From positions 7,750,001-7,814,000 of the forward strand of contig OZ024746.1 in NCBI GenBank assembly GCA_964016885.1: DNA of 64,000 nt. Reading direction: 5' to 3'. Below are positions 25,796 to 38,600 of this stretch, one piece after another. Position 1 is the first letter of the stretch. Every line of letters starts with the position of its first letter. The notes beneath the pieces were generated by a model that worked only from the letters and a program-made list of their open reading frames with translations, ran no database searches and was not told the DNA's origin. Source of the DNA: Eledone cirrhosa (lineage: Eukaryota). A program made the translations under genes and the position numbers.

Positions 25796-28039
25796 TGAAA
25801 ATGTTAATTTGTTCTGTAATTAAATTTCATGTTTTGTCCAAGGAAAAGCTATGATAGAATATCAAAATTTTACAATCATATTGTAAATACCAAACTCCTT
25901 GCAAGTCATGTTGTTGTTTAGCTATAGGTCAACCCTGATTGAACAGTAATATGGGTATAAAATGTGGTTGGTTGAATGGACTAAGTACAACCTACAGATC
26001 CTTCTAACCAGTTATACCATATCTACACTGAACTATACTGTATAATCCAACATACAGTGATAAATATTATAGGGTTCAGTGTTAGTCTGTAAATGTTACA
26101 CTTCCTTCACCATCCTGTCTAAGGAGGAATCTTCAGCCTGCAAGAAATTTAAGCCCAAATCTTTCTTAAATATGACCTCACTGTCTTAAAAATGGAGTGC
26201 TAAATAGGTTTAACTTTCATTACAATATTTCTCATGAAAGATAACTGTCCATGGTCTTCAAATAACTTTGAAAATAATAAAAAAAAATGTGGATGTATTC
26301 AGTAGTAATATAATTTTCTCATTAAAAAATCTGGTGTTTGGAACATAAAGGTTCTTATATAGAATTATGATAGAAAGCTTTTAGATAAATATAAACACTT
26401 TTAAAATAAACAGCTTGGTTTGGTATGAAAAGGTTTAATTCCTGTGTTGAGTCACTTCTATTTGCTGGCTTAGCTTGTTTCAGCAATCCAACTGTATCAA
26501 TAGTTAATGAAAGGACAAGCTTTGCCAGGCTAACTTCATTTCAGACTATATATTTTCACTTCAAATATATTTTTATAAATTTCTCCTTTTACCAAGATTT
26601 GATCCCAGTATTGGAAACTACCAATATATTTTGTCACTAGTAAATTTCTCATTTCTCTTCCTTTGATTCTAAACTAGATGAAACGTCCCTGGTTCTTCAA
26701 TACAAAACTGCATGTTTGCAAGTATTTGTTTATCTAAAAACCTTCAGTTATAATTTTGTTCCAAACACTAGCTTAATAACAAGAAAATTATAATAAATCC
26801 CTTCACATTTTTTTTTTTTTCATTAGAAATATGGTAATGTCATGCTTAATTCGATTTTGTTAGATTAAGTGGAGTCTAGATAGTATTCTCTCAGCCAGCT
26901 TACTGTATCCATATTTTAGCCAAAAGACCAATACTTCATCCAGTTACCATAACTAAGTTGGCAGAGAAGATAAAGCCTCAGACTTTAATACCTTGCAATA
27001 ATTAGTTGTCACCTATACAGAGTCCAAATTCAATCAGTGTTGACTTTACCTATCATCTTTCTCAAAGATAGGTGTATGACAGGAGTAAACCATTATTTGG
27101 TATGTAACGTGGCAGAGATGTGTGTATCCAGTAAAGAATAGATACAAATATATATTTACATGTTCTAAGTGTTGACTAAAATGGTTAGTATCAGGTAGAG
27201 CATCCAGCTGTAAAACATCGTTTCCTAAAGGATCCTATTAGTAGTAATGTTCGCAAGGAAATTGGCCATAAAACGCCTGTAGTATGTAATGTGGTAGATT
27301 CAATTAACTTTACTCCATCTTGTCTGTCTTCTGCCGGTAGTAGAAATCCCTATTTTTATTTAACTCTTTAGAGAAATGACTTGCAAAGTTGAAAACTGTC
27401 TTCATCTTCCGAAATAAATCATTCCAAATAATCCTGATCAAACTGACCAAAGCATCTTTTAAAACCTGCTTTATCTCATGTTCTATTTTAAGCAATGGTG
27501 TGCAGCTCATTCAATTACATAGTGATCCCTTCATTGGTATATTTTTAAATTACTTGCCAGCTCCTACTTAAATTTTTCTTCTATAAGTGTCCAGCTGCAG
27601 AAAATGTATTGATCTCAAAATTATCAATAATGAAGAAAATTGCATGTATGTTTTCTATGAAAACAAAGCAGTTTAACTTGCAATTCTTTTCATGAACTGG
27701 TATCAACTTCAATAACAGCCATATGCTTTGAAAATTATCTCAAAATCAATTTCCAATTTGTAGGTAATTAGTATTTTTGAGCAACTTGCGTGTAAGGAAA
27801 TATTGAAGACTATAGGATCTGGTTTAAAGGTTGGAAGAGAGAATACATTTTATAAAGCAACGATTGCTTTATAAAACACCAGTAAAAAAAAAAAAAAAAA
27901 AAATATTCCATGTGTATCCTTGTATGTTGTAAAGTGACAATGGTTTGATGTCAGGAAAGGTATCTGGATCTTAAACATTCTCAAAATATCCTCATGTAGA
28001 AGTAGACGGGGAAAAATAAAACCCCTTAATTGTATGTGC

Positions 28040-28076
<37 letters not shown>

Positions 28077-29012
28077 GTTGGTTAGCTTCATATATCCCCA
28101 ACAATATTGATAATAGAGATAGAAAGGAATTAAGTGGTGTTCCATCTGCTTTCTCCAATAAAATATAATCCATGTTTATATATATAAAAGTTTAAGAGGA
28201 AGACATTTCATATAATACATAAAAAATTACCAAGCTAGTGTGTAAACACTGATCCACGATTAAATTTAATCCATAGCTTCTAGTAAGTTCTAATTTACAA
28301 CGGCTTCAAATTAAACAAAATATAAATGTAAATATCCCCCCCCCCCCAAATATTAAGGGGAACTTGATCCAGTCTAGCAGAGAGAGCCATATGGATAAGA
28401 TTCCATATATTTGGAATTGAGCTCCATTTTCAATAATATTCCAGCCACGTACACAAGATTTGTTACGTGGGAAGAAGACTCCTCAATATGTGACGAAAAG
28501 ACTGTTTTAAATTAATTTAAACATATGTAACACTGCTTCAAATGGGATTATATATTTTATATGACGAAAGCAATTTAATTAATTAAATAGAGAAAGAACT
28601 ATCTATATATATTAGTATAGTAATATATTAGTTTAGTAATATATATGTATAACTAAACCAATATATATATATTAGTAATATTAATTTATTTTATGTTAGT
28701 GTCTATGAAAAGTTTCCAGTAATTTCTAAAAAAAAAACAAAATAATTAGCCCAGGAATATTGGTGGTGGTCGCCAAAAATACACTAAATGTGAAAAGTTA
28801 TTTTAACTAATTCCAGTGGCAGAGAAAGAATTAGAATAGTAAATCCATTTAATCACTCACTTAAAAAAAAAAAAAAAAATTATCCGATCTGCATCAATCT
28901 AATTTCACAAACTAAGTAAAAAAAAAATATATAAAAACCAAGTATTCCATCGTACAATTGACATTTCCTTTGTGTTTGTAAACATGTTAATCTTGGCCAA
29001 CTTTCTTCCATA

Positions 29013-29276
29013 ATAGCAGCGAGTAGCACCACTACTGACATGTCAGGCTGTTACACTAAGCTAGTACTGCTATTATATATACATAACTACCAGTGTGTAT
29101 ATATATGTATACACTTCCATAATAACACCACTACTATAATGACATGCCAGGCTGCTAGTGCTTCTATTATATATAAACATAACTGTACCAGTATATGTAT
29201 ATATATAATAGCAGTGAGTAGCACCACCACCACGACTACAATGACATGTCAGGCCGTTACACTTAGCTAGTACTTC

Positions 29277-29314
<38 letters not shown>

Positions 29315-29432
29315 TATATAAACATAACTACCATTATATATATATATATCTCTAGAATAGCAGTGAGTAGCCCCAACACCACCACCGACTATGGCATGTC
29401 AGGCTGTTACACTTTCAGTCAGCTAGTGCTTG
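29013..29432. repeat. Degenerate tandem repeat, 4 copies
   Basis: Recurring gagtagcaccac...gacatgtcaggctgttacact..gctagtact. Confidence 0.8.
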
Positions 29433-30669
29433 TATTAAGTATATAATGTATGTATGTATATATATATCCTTGTAAACAAAAGTTACCAGTAAAATAAAAG
29501 GCGGACTTTTCGTTGATTGATCGTTGTTGAGTTTAAGATTAGGGAGGGAAAATATAAACGGAAAGCTATCATCGCGCCAACAATATGGTACCAAATTAAT
29601 ATAGTATATAATCATACTATTTTCGCTCCACCGATTAATAAATTATGCTATAAATTAACAGATTTCGTTTTTATGGAAAACATTTTGTAAACCTTTTTGC
29701 TATGTTAGCAAAATAGTTATATGTAATGATAGTTATGAAAACCTAAAAAAAAAATTAGTAAAATTAATTCCCAAGGTTTACTAATAATCTAATAAACTAT
29801 TAATTAGAATACATTGAGAAAGGCAAGTGTCATAAGACAGGTTATCTGTCTAAGAATAAAATATGAATTAATTTGACAAATATACATCCATATATACACA
29901 TCTGTATATATAAATTGATAGACCATTTAATTTAGTGCCACGTCGTTGTGAGTTCAAATGCCGCTTGAGCTGCCATTCAGGGGTTTCTCTCCTAAACAAA
30001 TTACTTTCATGGTCTTAAGAGGTATTATATATTGTAATAGACCAGAAATATAAATAGAAATCGACAGAACAGTGTGTTACTCTCAGTGACTAAGTGACTA
30101 GAGATCCATAAATAGGTGCGATCCCAGTTAGGTAGCGTGGGTTCCAGTCATACTTCGATATTTAGTCATCTCCGTCCTCATTTACGCTGCTGCTATTACC
30201 AAGGGGTCATGGAGAAAAAATATTTCCAGTTTTCCAGGCCAACTAATTCATTTAGAGAAGAAAGAAATATCAAAATATTCCTCAAAACTCAATTTTTAAA
30301 TATCAAATGAATAAAGACATTTAAAAAAAATGTACAATATACAGAGAATGGAAAATGGATATATGGAGTCTCGCTCTACATTTACCAGGGATTCTTTGAG
30401 AATGAAAAAAAAAAAAAAACCTTTTAAATAATACTGTAAAATTAAATAGTGAAATGTTAGGCTAGAATAGGTTTAGTAATAAAAGTAAAATACGTGATAA
30501 AAAGTATTGTATATACATACCATATTGATGGTTATTAACAAGGTAACAAAATGACATACTATTTACTTTCTCTACCTATTTAAACAAAACCACTTCACAA
30601 TTTTAAAATAACTTCCCACCAAACAAAAATATTAATGGATAAATTAAAATAAGAAAATTAAAGAAACAT

Positions 30670-31365
30670 TTAAATTCATTACAATTTTATTGCAATTCTC
30701 TTTTTTTTGTTTTTTCTTTTACTAAAAAAAAAATTATATAAAATAAAAGTTTCTGCAATTGGCATCTCGTACAGACACTTTTTAAAAAGACTAAATTGAA
30801 TGCAGAGGTCAGGATGATTTCATGAAAGACTTTCTTTTTAATAAATTTATCAATGGATTTAAGTTTTGAGGGGGTGGGGGAACAGAATTTTAAGGGGAGG
30901 GGGATACGGTTGTGGATCAACCGAGCACCTTGAAAAAAAAAAAAAATCTTAAAATAAAACAACTTATTTTTACTACCCTTTCGATGTTTACACTGGGGAG
31001 GAAAAAAAAAATCTCTTGAGGTAAAAAGTTGAAAGTTTTCTTTACCCCCCCAGTGTCGAGAGAAGAGTTTGTTCCCCAATACCAAGATGGCTAAAATATT
31101 TTTTGTTGCTTTTCATTTTACTACAAAATTATCTATAAATGGGAGTCCTTTCTTAATATAATAGATTATATCTCAAAAGCTTGAAATAACCATCATCCAA
31201 TTAATTCAGAGTCCGTGAAACGAAAACAAGTCAAGAGATCCGTCATATGTACAAATGTAATTTTTTTTTGTTTTTGTTTAATCTTTTTCTAAAAAAAAGT
31301 TAGGAAGTAGTTTTTCTTCCAGCTTTCTTTTTAAGAAAAAATAATTATTTTCTGTGGAAGGAGAT
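30670..31365 (-). other. Probable 3' UTR of the BTG gene (U/AU-rich) with candidate polyA signal
   Basis: Repeat-free, U-rich on the minus strand. AATAAA at 30686-30691 (-), Pumilio-type TGTACATA at 31246-31253 (-). The true 3' end is uncertain and may extend further. Confidence 0.5.
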
Positions 31366-32007
31366 TTAACTAAATACACAAGTGGCCAAGTGTTTCATTG
31401 AATCTCCGGGAATGGGTAAGGAACTGATAAACTGATCCTTACAAGAGGAAAGTAGGGCAGTCCCTTTAGACTCTGACTGAGATGTTGATGGTGAGGAGAT
31501 GGTGAGATTGGTAGAGGTGTTATTGTTGTTGGTGTTATTGTTTGGTCTCGGTGTGATGATGCTACTGTTGGAGATGGAGGAAGAGAAGTTAGTAGTGTAG
31601 GTGTTGTTAGTGTTGTTGCTGCTGGGCGAACTACAAGATTCTAAGCTGCTGGAACTTGTGCCCCGGTAAAGTATTCCTATGCTGCCGTTTTCACCGATTC
31701 TGTAGGAAACGTCCAGTGGATCTATCCACACAGTCAATTCACGAGGGAAGAACGTGAAGATTTCTTCCTCTGTAAATCCGCACCTCTCGCCAGCTACTTT
31801 AATCAGAGGATCCATTTTATGATTCATCCGGAGACATCGGTAGCCACTGCCTTTGTTCGGTTTCTCCGGGAACCAATGGTCTCTATAGTGGCTTAGAAGC
31901 AGAGATTGTAGATAACATTTGAACAAATCCGTCTTCTCCGAACATATTGAGTGGGTTCTGAGAATACTGGAAAGAAATTCGGTAGCGCTTGCTACTTCGT
32001 TCATCAT
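31366..32007 (-). CDS. BTG1: BTG/Tob (APRO) family anti-proliferative protein, BTG1/BTG2-like, 213 aa, intronless CDS
   Basis: Box A HYRDHWFPEKPNKGSGYRCLRMN, Box B FPRELTVWIDPLDVSYRIGE, Box C-like NGSIGILY. Ser/Asn/Thr low-complexity linker and a C-terminal SCKDQF resembling BTG1 SCKEEL. Uninterrupted ORF from ATG to stop. The symbol is family-level (BTG1/2-like), not proven 1:1 orthology. Confidence 0.95.
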   Translation of the reverse strand: MMNEVASATEFLSSILRTHSICSEKTDLFKCYLQSLLLSHYRDHWFPEKPNKGSGYRCLRMNHKMDPLIKVAGERCGFTEEEIFTFFPRELTVWIDPLDVSYRIGENGSIGILYRGTSSSSLESCSSPSSNNTNNTYTTNFSSSISNSSIITPRPNNNTNNNNTSTNLTISSPSTSQSESKGTALLSSCKDQFISSLPIPGDSMKHLATCVFS

Positions 32008-32504
32008 CTTGCTGACAAAAACATTCGAGATGGAACTTCAAGTCAAAAGGAGGGATTAGCTCAACGCAGAAGTAATTAAAAAAAAATAAATATAAATTAA
32101 TACTGCTTTTCTTTTTCTTGTTGTTTCGGTTCAGTTGAATGTTGAATGAAATATTAACTTTCTGGCTTTTTCTTTATATATATAAATATATAAACAGTTA
32201 AGTTTACGTACGCTTCCGAAGAAAAGTGAGAAAAAACGTAGATTTCCTTGCGTGAGGATAACAGACAAATAAGGAGGAAAAAGAATCAATTTTGTTCTCT
32301 ATCCAACAACAGTCTGTTTTTTGTAGTTATAAGTTTGGTGGGTTTCTGGTTTTTGTTTTTCTTAGTTTTCTTTGAGAGCTGTAAAAAGTGGTTCTTTGTT
32401 TGGTAGCCAGTCGGCAGGAAGAGAGAGAACTGCAGAAGCGTAATGGACGTATAGATCAACAACAGGAACACAACTAACGCCAAACGACAGAGGAATAGGA
32501 CGAG

Positions 32505-32612
32505 CAATAATATAAGGGAACTGACGTCATAAAACGATGACGATTTTTACAGCTAACCAATCAGATTCGGCTTTTCCACCTTTTCTCCCCCCCTCTTTCA
32601 TACCATATATGG
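32505..32612 (-). promoter_or_regulatory. Proximal promoter of the BTG gene: TATA-like element, CRE, half-CRE, CCAAT, CArG/SRE
   Basis: TTATATTA on the minus strand (~32508-32515), TGACGTCA 32522-32529, TGACG 32538-32542, CCAAT 32557-32561, CCATATATGG 32603-32612. All lie within ~110 bp, about 500 bp upstream of the ATG. Confidence 0.7.
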
Positions 32613-32704
32613 TTGTTAACTCAGCAGTCAATGTTATGACACAGATTTCCCTACGTACACAACAACACTCACGTTACATACATTTGCATACAGCGGTAGG
32701 CACC

Positions 32705-33060
32705 GCACAACACATCCTTACAGACACACGTGCCCACACACATGTACTGACACACACACATATACACATCCTTACAGATACACGTACGCACACACACATG
32801 CTTACAGATACATGTACTGACACTCACACATATACACATCATTACAGATACATGTACTGACAATTACACATATGCACATCCTTACAGATACACGTACCTC
32901 CCCCCACTTATAGATACACGTACTCACACACATACATCCTTACAGATACACGTACCCATAAGCACATCCTTACAGATACACGTACTCACACACGCATACA
33001 TATTCTTACTGACACACGCACTAACACACATCGTTACAGAAACACACACGTACTCAGACT
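32705..33060. repeat. Degenerate tandem repeat immediately upstream of the BTG promoter
   Basis: About 10 copies of catccttacagatacacgtac separated by (CA)n. Confidence 0.85.
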
Positions 33061-34140
33061 CACATACGTGATCTACTCACCCCCCTTTCCCTTACACACA
33101 TACACATATCCATGTTTCGCCCTCCCCCATATATACACACACACAGAAGATATATACACATTATACATACATATTTATGTATATATATATATATATACAC
33201 ATTACACACACATATATATATATATAGAGAGATATATAGACAGAGAGAGAGAGATTACACACACACACACATATATTTCATCACACACACATACCAGACT
33301 GTATTTAGTATGTAATCTTTGTTGTTGCTACCGACTTGGCAGCCATTTTGTATTCTATTTCACTCACTCATTTATTTGTTTTCCTTATTTATTCAAAGGC
33401 GACATCGATGATGTTAAATTAACTCTACTTTTTCATGAAAATATTTATATATATATTTAAATATTTTATATATGTATATATATCACAATTTATTTACTTT
33501 AAAGTGGTTTGTTTCAAAGAATTGTTCTTATACTCTATTTTCGTTGCTTTCATTGTAATCTTAATAGCGAAATATTTGAAAAAGAATTTTATAATTTCCA
33601 AAGAAAAAAATTTAACAGAAACAAGAGAAATTATTCTAAAAAAAAAAAAAAAACCCAAACTCCCTTTATCACACATAACAAGAAACACTGGTACTTTTCT
33701 CTAAAAAAATATTTTAGGTAATCTAAAATATTCAAGGCTATTACCACATGAACTTTAGATTTAGTTCTCTTTCTCTCTACGTATATACATACACATACAT
33801 ACATGTGTATGTATGTATATATATATATAATCTCCATAATCTTAGTTTTCTATTATAATTCCTTTCACATATTCTATAGTTTATTGGTGGTACGTATCTA
33901 TCTTTAAGGCTGAATGGCTACGTTCTATAAATATATATACATTTATACATTAGTATTGGTATATATTAAAAGTTTAGGTTAAATATTTCTGCTTTCACCG
34001 TAGGCAGGATCATCATTAATATATACTATCTGCTCTAAAGGTTTTTATATATATATATATATATATGTGTGTGTCACGGGTAACCACAGTAAGTAAGGTA
34101 CTCAATACATTAGAGTATATACAAAATTTAATATTGAAAT

Positions 34141-34192
34141 GGCTTCTACAGGACTAGAACTATTTCATTCGAAGGGAATGATCAAGAAAGCC
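34141..34192 (-). ncRNA. Decayed type I hammerhead in a short interspersed element (34075-34195)
   Basis: Minus strand ggctttc-TTGATCA-ttc(ccttc)gaat-GAAA-tag(ttctagtc)ctg-TA-gaagcc. The sister copy at ~59700-59750 retains GATGA and GAAAcag. Confidence 0.5.
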
Positions 34193-34982
34193 CTGATATA
34201 TATATATACACACAACCCTTATCGAGTCCCCTTTGGAGTTTAGTCTTTGTATTTATTATTACTATATATTTGGCACATATTTAATATTTTAGACTAACAC
34301 CTTTCACTTGACTACTGTGGGGAATCTTTTATTTGTCTTATATTGTGTATCCCTTTCAGCGCCCCCAAGTCTGCCGAGGAAAAATATATAATGTCGATTT
34401 CATTAGTCAGACATAGCTTCGTATTTTTTAATTATATTGTATGTGTATAGTGTGTGTGATATATAGTGTATATATATATATATATGTGTGTTTGTATGTA
34501 TGTATTTGTGTATGTATATATGTGTGTGTTTGTATGTATGTATTTGTGTATGTATGTGTGTATATATGTGTGTATGTATGTATATATATATATATATATG
34601 TGTGTGAGATTATATATCTATGTGGGTATATAGATAGATGTGTGTGTATATTATAAACAGTTTATACAATTAGGACAGTATATTCTTTAAAAAATATATA
34701 GCTTAGTGGTGAAAGTAATCTGTTCTTATTTTAATTTCTATAATTATATTTCAGAGTTTATTAAAATAGCTTTTATTTCAAAGTCGGTCAGATAAATAAA
34801 CACTCTGCTTTGTGTGTATATATATATATATATATGGTCTATACAATCCCCATAGAAGTAGGGTAATATATTTATTTAAAGGATATAAGAAACAAGGACA
34901 AAATTGATGGGCACATATTTATAGTTTTAGTCTCTGAACAAAATTAAATGTATGGTGTGAAAATAAGTTAGATTTATATATA

Positions 34983-35022
<40 letters not shown>

Positions 35023-35582
35023 CGTGAGTGTGTGTATATATGCGTGCTTGTGTATATATATGTGTGTATATATGTATATACGTGTATGTATATATATAAA
35101 CCTTTTTCTGCTCGTGGGTAAAAATATTTTAGTTTAAAAATTATTTTTATTTTTAATGATGTATATTTAATATATTTCTAAGTTGTGGATATTTTAACAG
35201 ATACTTTTCTTTTTGTTTGGGATTATATTCCTGTCTGTTGTGACTAGAATTCAGTAGGGCTGCACATAAATAATAAAACATATGAGCTACACTTCGTGGT
35301 CGCGAAAATTGCTAGAAATAGAAACCAAATATTCATCTAATCTCAGCCTACATGGCGTCTTAGAGAAAAATAAAGATAGAGGTAGACGTCTGAAAAGTAG
35401 AATTAGGAATTATCACCAGTAGGCTGCCTTAGTGTAAGGTCTGTCTATCTGTAAACCCCACCAACATTACACAAAATTAATATATATATATATTGGCCGA
35501 AACCTATCAAAGTTATGTGTATATATATATATATAACTTTGATAGGTTTCAGTATTGGCCCAGGCCATGTCTAATATATATG

Positions 35583-35623
<41 letters not shown>

Positions 35624-35815
35624 TATATATATATATATATATACATACTTTATAAATAACAATCAAAGAGTGTTTAAAACATTTAAATGTTTTAAACACT
35701 CTTTGATTGTTATTTATAAAGTATTTCGGCTCTGTAATATACTTATTTTACATTGAGCTATTCTCATACTTGTAATTGGATATTTAATATTACCCACATT
35801 ATATATATATATATA

Positions 35816-35973
35816 TAACGAAGGAAGTGTGGTAAGGAACCAGATGGACCATAACGCACCAGAGTACTCAATACTTAGGGTAGTAGAGTGGGTAATAGGA
35901 AAATGTTTAACCCCGACGGCAGAGCTCAAACCGTTTCTGGACAGAAATAGCCGTCGGGGTTAACATTTTCCTA
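35816..35973. mobile_element. Family H element with partial fold-back, in (TA)n
   Basis: taggaaaatgtttaaccccgacggc...gccgtcggggttaacattttccta. Confidence 0.75.
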
Positions 35974-35982
35974 TATATATAT

Positions 35983-36027
<45 letters not shown>

Positions 36028-38419
36028 TAGAGATTGAAACGTCAGGTTACTGTAGGTTCACCAAAGTGATTATCATTATATATATATATATATACTGGAT
36101 AAATACAGGGTGTCTTAAAAGTCACTATACACTATCTTTTTCCAGGTATCAGTGAGAGTGATGTGAGGGCCATCAAGCATTTGACAGCTTTTTTTGTTGT
36201 CAACCTATCAATTTCCCCTCATGCCCATGGTTTCCAATTTATGTTGGAGCAGGGTTGCAATATTGCTGCCTGGCAAGAATTTTTTTTTTTTTTCAGTCCC
36301 CGATTTCACTTCAGCGCGAGTTTGCGAAGCTTTTATGGCTATCATACTCTGTTCCAACGTATAATGGCACAGTTTCACAATTTACACTATCTCCATGACT
36401 AAGTTTCTCATAACAAGATCATGTATCTGTTCTTGACACAATCACACATCGAAAGACTTGCTACTAACTACTAAACTAGTACTACCACCTCCACCACCAC
36501 CACTGATCAAAACACTAAACTCCTGGAGGGTTGCATTGGAACTCCCAGCATCACCGAAAAATAAAAATAAAGATGGGATGGGCATGGTTGTAATGTCTAG
36601 GGCTCTACTTCTATCTGCTGGTAGTTAATAATATACGGTGGTTCACTAGTGGTTTGTTTGTATAGGGATTTTGTTGTGTTTTGGTGGGGTTGCTTTTTAC
36701 ATATAAGAGGGGTATTTGTGCTCCATTGAGGAAAGGAAATATTTTCAAATTAATATGAAGTAAATTAGTTTAAATAAAAGTGACAATTATTTCCAAGTTC
36801 TTTTCTCTCTACATGGAATATTTTATTTACCAACAAAGGATGCTTTTCTGCCTCCTAAGCGACTTAACACTAATGTAAACACACACTCACGTGTATATCT
36901 GTGTATACACACAAACACACACACATACATATATATATATATACACCTATATATATATATATATATTATATAGGTATATATGTGTGTCTATATACATCTA
37001 TGTATGCGTGTAATTGAAATTTTCTGCAAGGTGTCTATATATGTATGTATATACACGCATATATATATATTGTGTTATACAAACAAAAATGCATCATTTA
37101 ATGATTTAATGAACGAAAATATAAGCTTTGGAAAACTAATGTAACATTGTAGTTTAATCTATTCAATAGAAAAACTAGAATGTTGCGAGAATTCCACATT
37201 TGATCCCCTTTTTCTTTGTTTTGGTTGGGCTGCCACGTAGACCTAGTTTTGATTTGTTTATTTTATACTGTATTGTCTTATTGTTATAATTTCATGGGGT
37301 TCTAGTTTATATTTTACAAAAATTCATGAAAAAGGAGAACTTTCATAAAACATAAAAAAAAATATCTATATATTAATAAAGGAATCGGAGGGAAGAATGG
37401 TTTTGTCTATATCAATTACTACCACACAATAACCCTTTGTTTAATTATATTCTAGAAAATAATAAAACCTGATTCAACGAGAGATCTTTGTTCGATCTAC
37501 TAGAAATAGATTTTATAAACCTCTCTTGTAAAATTAAGATAGGATGGTCACGGTTGGTACGCCTCTGTGATAAGATTTACTCAAGGCTGACAGCCAAATA
37601 CGTCAACACGAATTGACAAAAATGCGCGCCTGCGCGTACACAACACAAGCAACCACTACAGTGTTTGTTTGCCAAAATGAATTAGGCATGCGGTTGTCCT
37701 ATTTTCTAGAAATAGCAGCCGATTCTGCTTCAAATCACGTCTTAAGGTCTTGAAAACGGAATGAGACATTAAACAACACAGTCGGAAATATTATATGTGG
37801 TAAGAAATTCCCAGGAAAGCTAGAACAACAGGTCTTCTGAGAAGAAACTAGCTTTGCCTTTCATTCTTAGAAGTTGGTTAAATAAAGTACCAGTAATGCA
37901 CAACCCTCCACTCAAGCGAGTGTTTCAGCCCTTAACTTATACACACTAAGGGGGCCGGGCCGCAATCAGGAAATGACTCCTGGGTGCCATTCTGCAAACA
38001 TTTAGCAGGAAATGTGTTGAATATTTGAAAAAAAAAGACAGGGTGGTCACAATTGGAACGCCTTGATCATAGACCTGAGGGTTAAACAACACAAAAGGGA
38101 CAATAAGAACTGTGCTTCTCTAGACACGTCTGAAAAATATGCATATGTATACACACATATATGTAGTTGTAACTTAGCAGTTCGATAAATAGGGATCAAT
38201 AAAATATATACCAGAGGGAGGGACCCTTGAAGACGTTGCCCCCAGCATAAACACACTTCAGTGACTAATAAATAAGAGTAAATATATATATTATTGTGTG
38301 GTTTATCCGTAAGAGTTGCGGTGGCGTTGAAACAGATGTAAGCACTCTACGTCAGTCATATGTATATTTATTGGATAATACGTATTTCAGTGACACTATT
38401 GTGGGGTTGTTATGTAATC

Positions 38420-38600
38420 ATTACATCAGCAGCGCCAGACACTATGCTTTGCAGCATTGAGTTATGGCCTTTTACGTTCTCAGTTCAAATCAAATCCCGC
38501 CGAAGTTAACTGTACCTTTCGTCCTTACGGGGTCAATAAAATAAAGCACCAGTAATGCACTGGAGTAATTGCTGGCCTTGTGCCAAAAGTAGAAATAATT
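38420..38600 (+). mobile_element. Nin/Deu-like SINE
   Basis: gttcaaatc...cctttcgtccttacggggtcaataaaataaagcaccag...gctggccttgtgccaaaagtagaaa. Confidence 0.75.

Noticed and set aside
36105-36450. Possible Tc1/mariner remnant starting TACAGGGTG; also TACGAGGG-type ends at ~9300 and ~47146
   Set aside because: Only one terminus is recognisable and the coding signal is too decayed to call.
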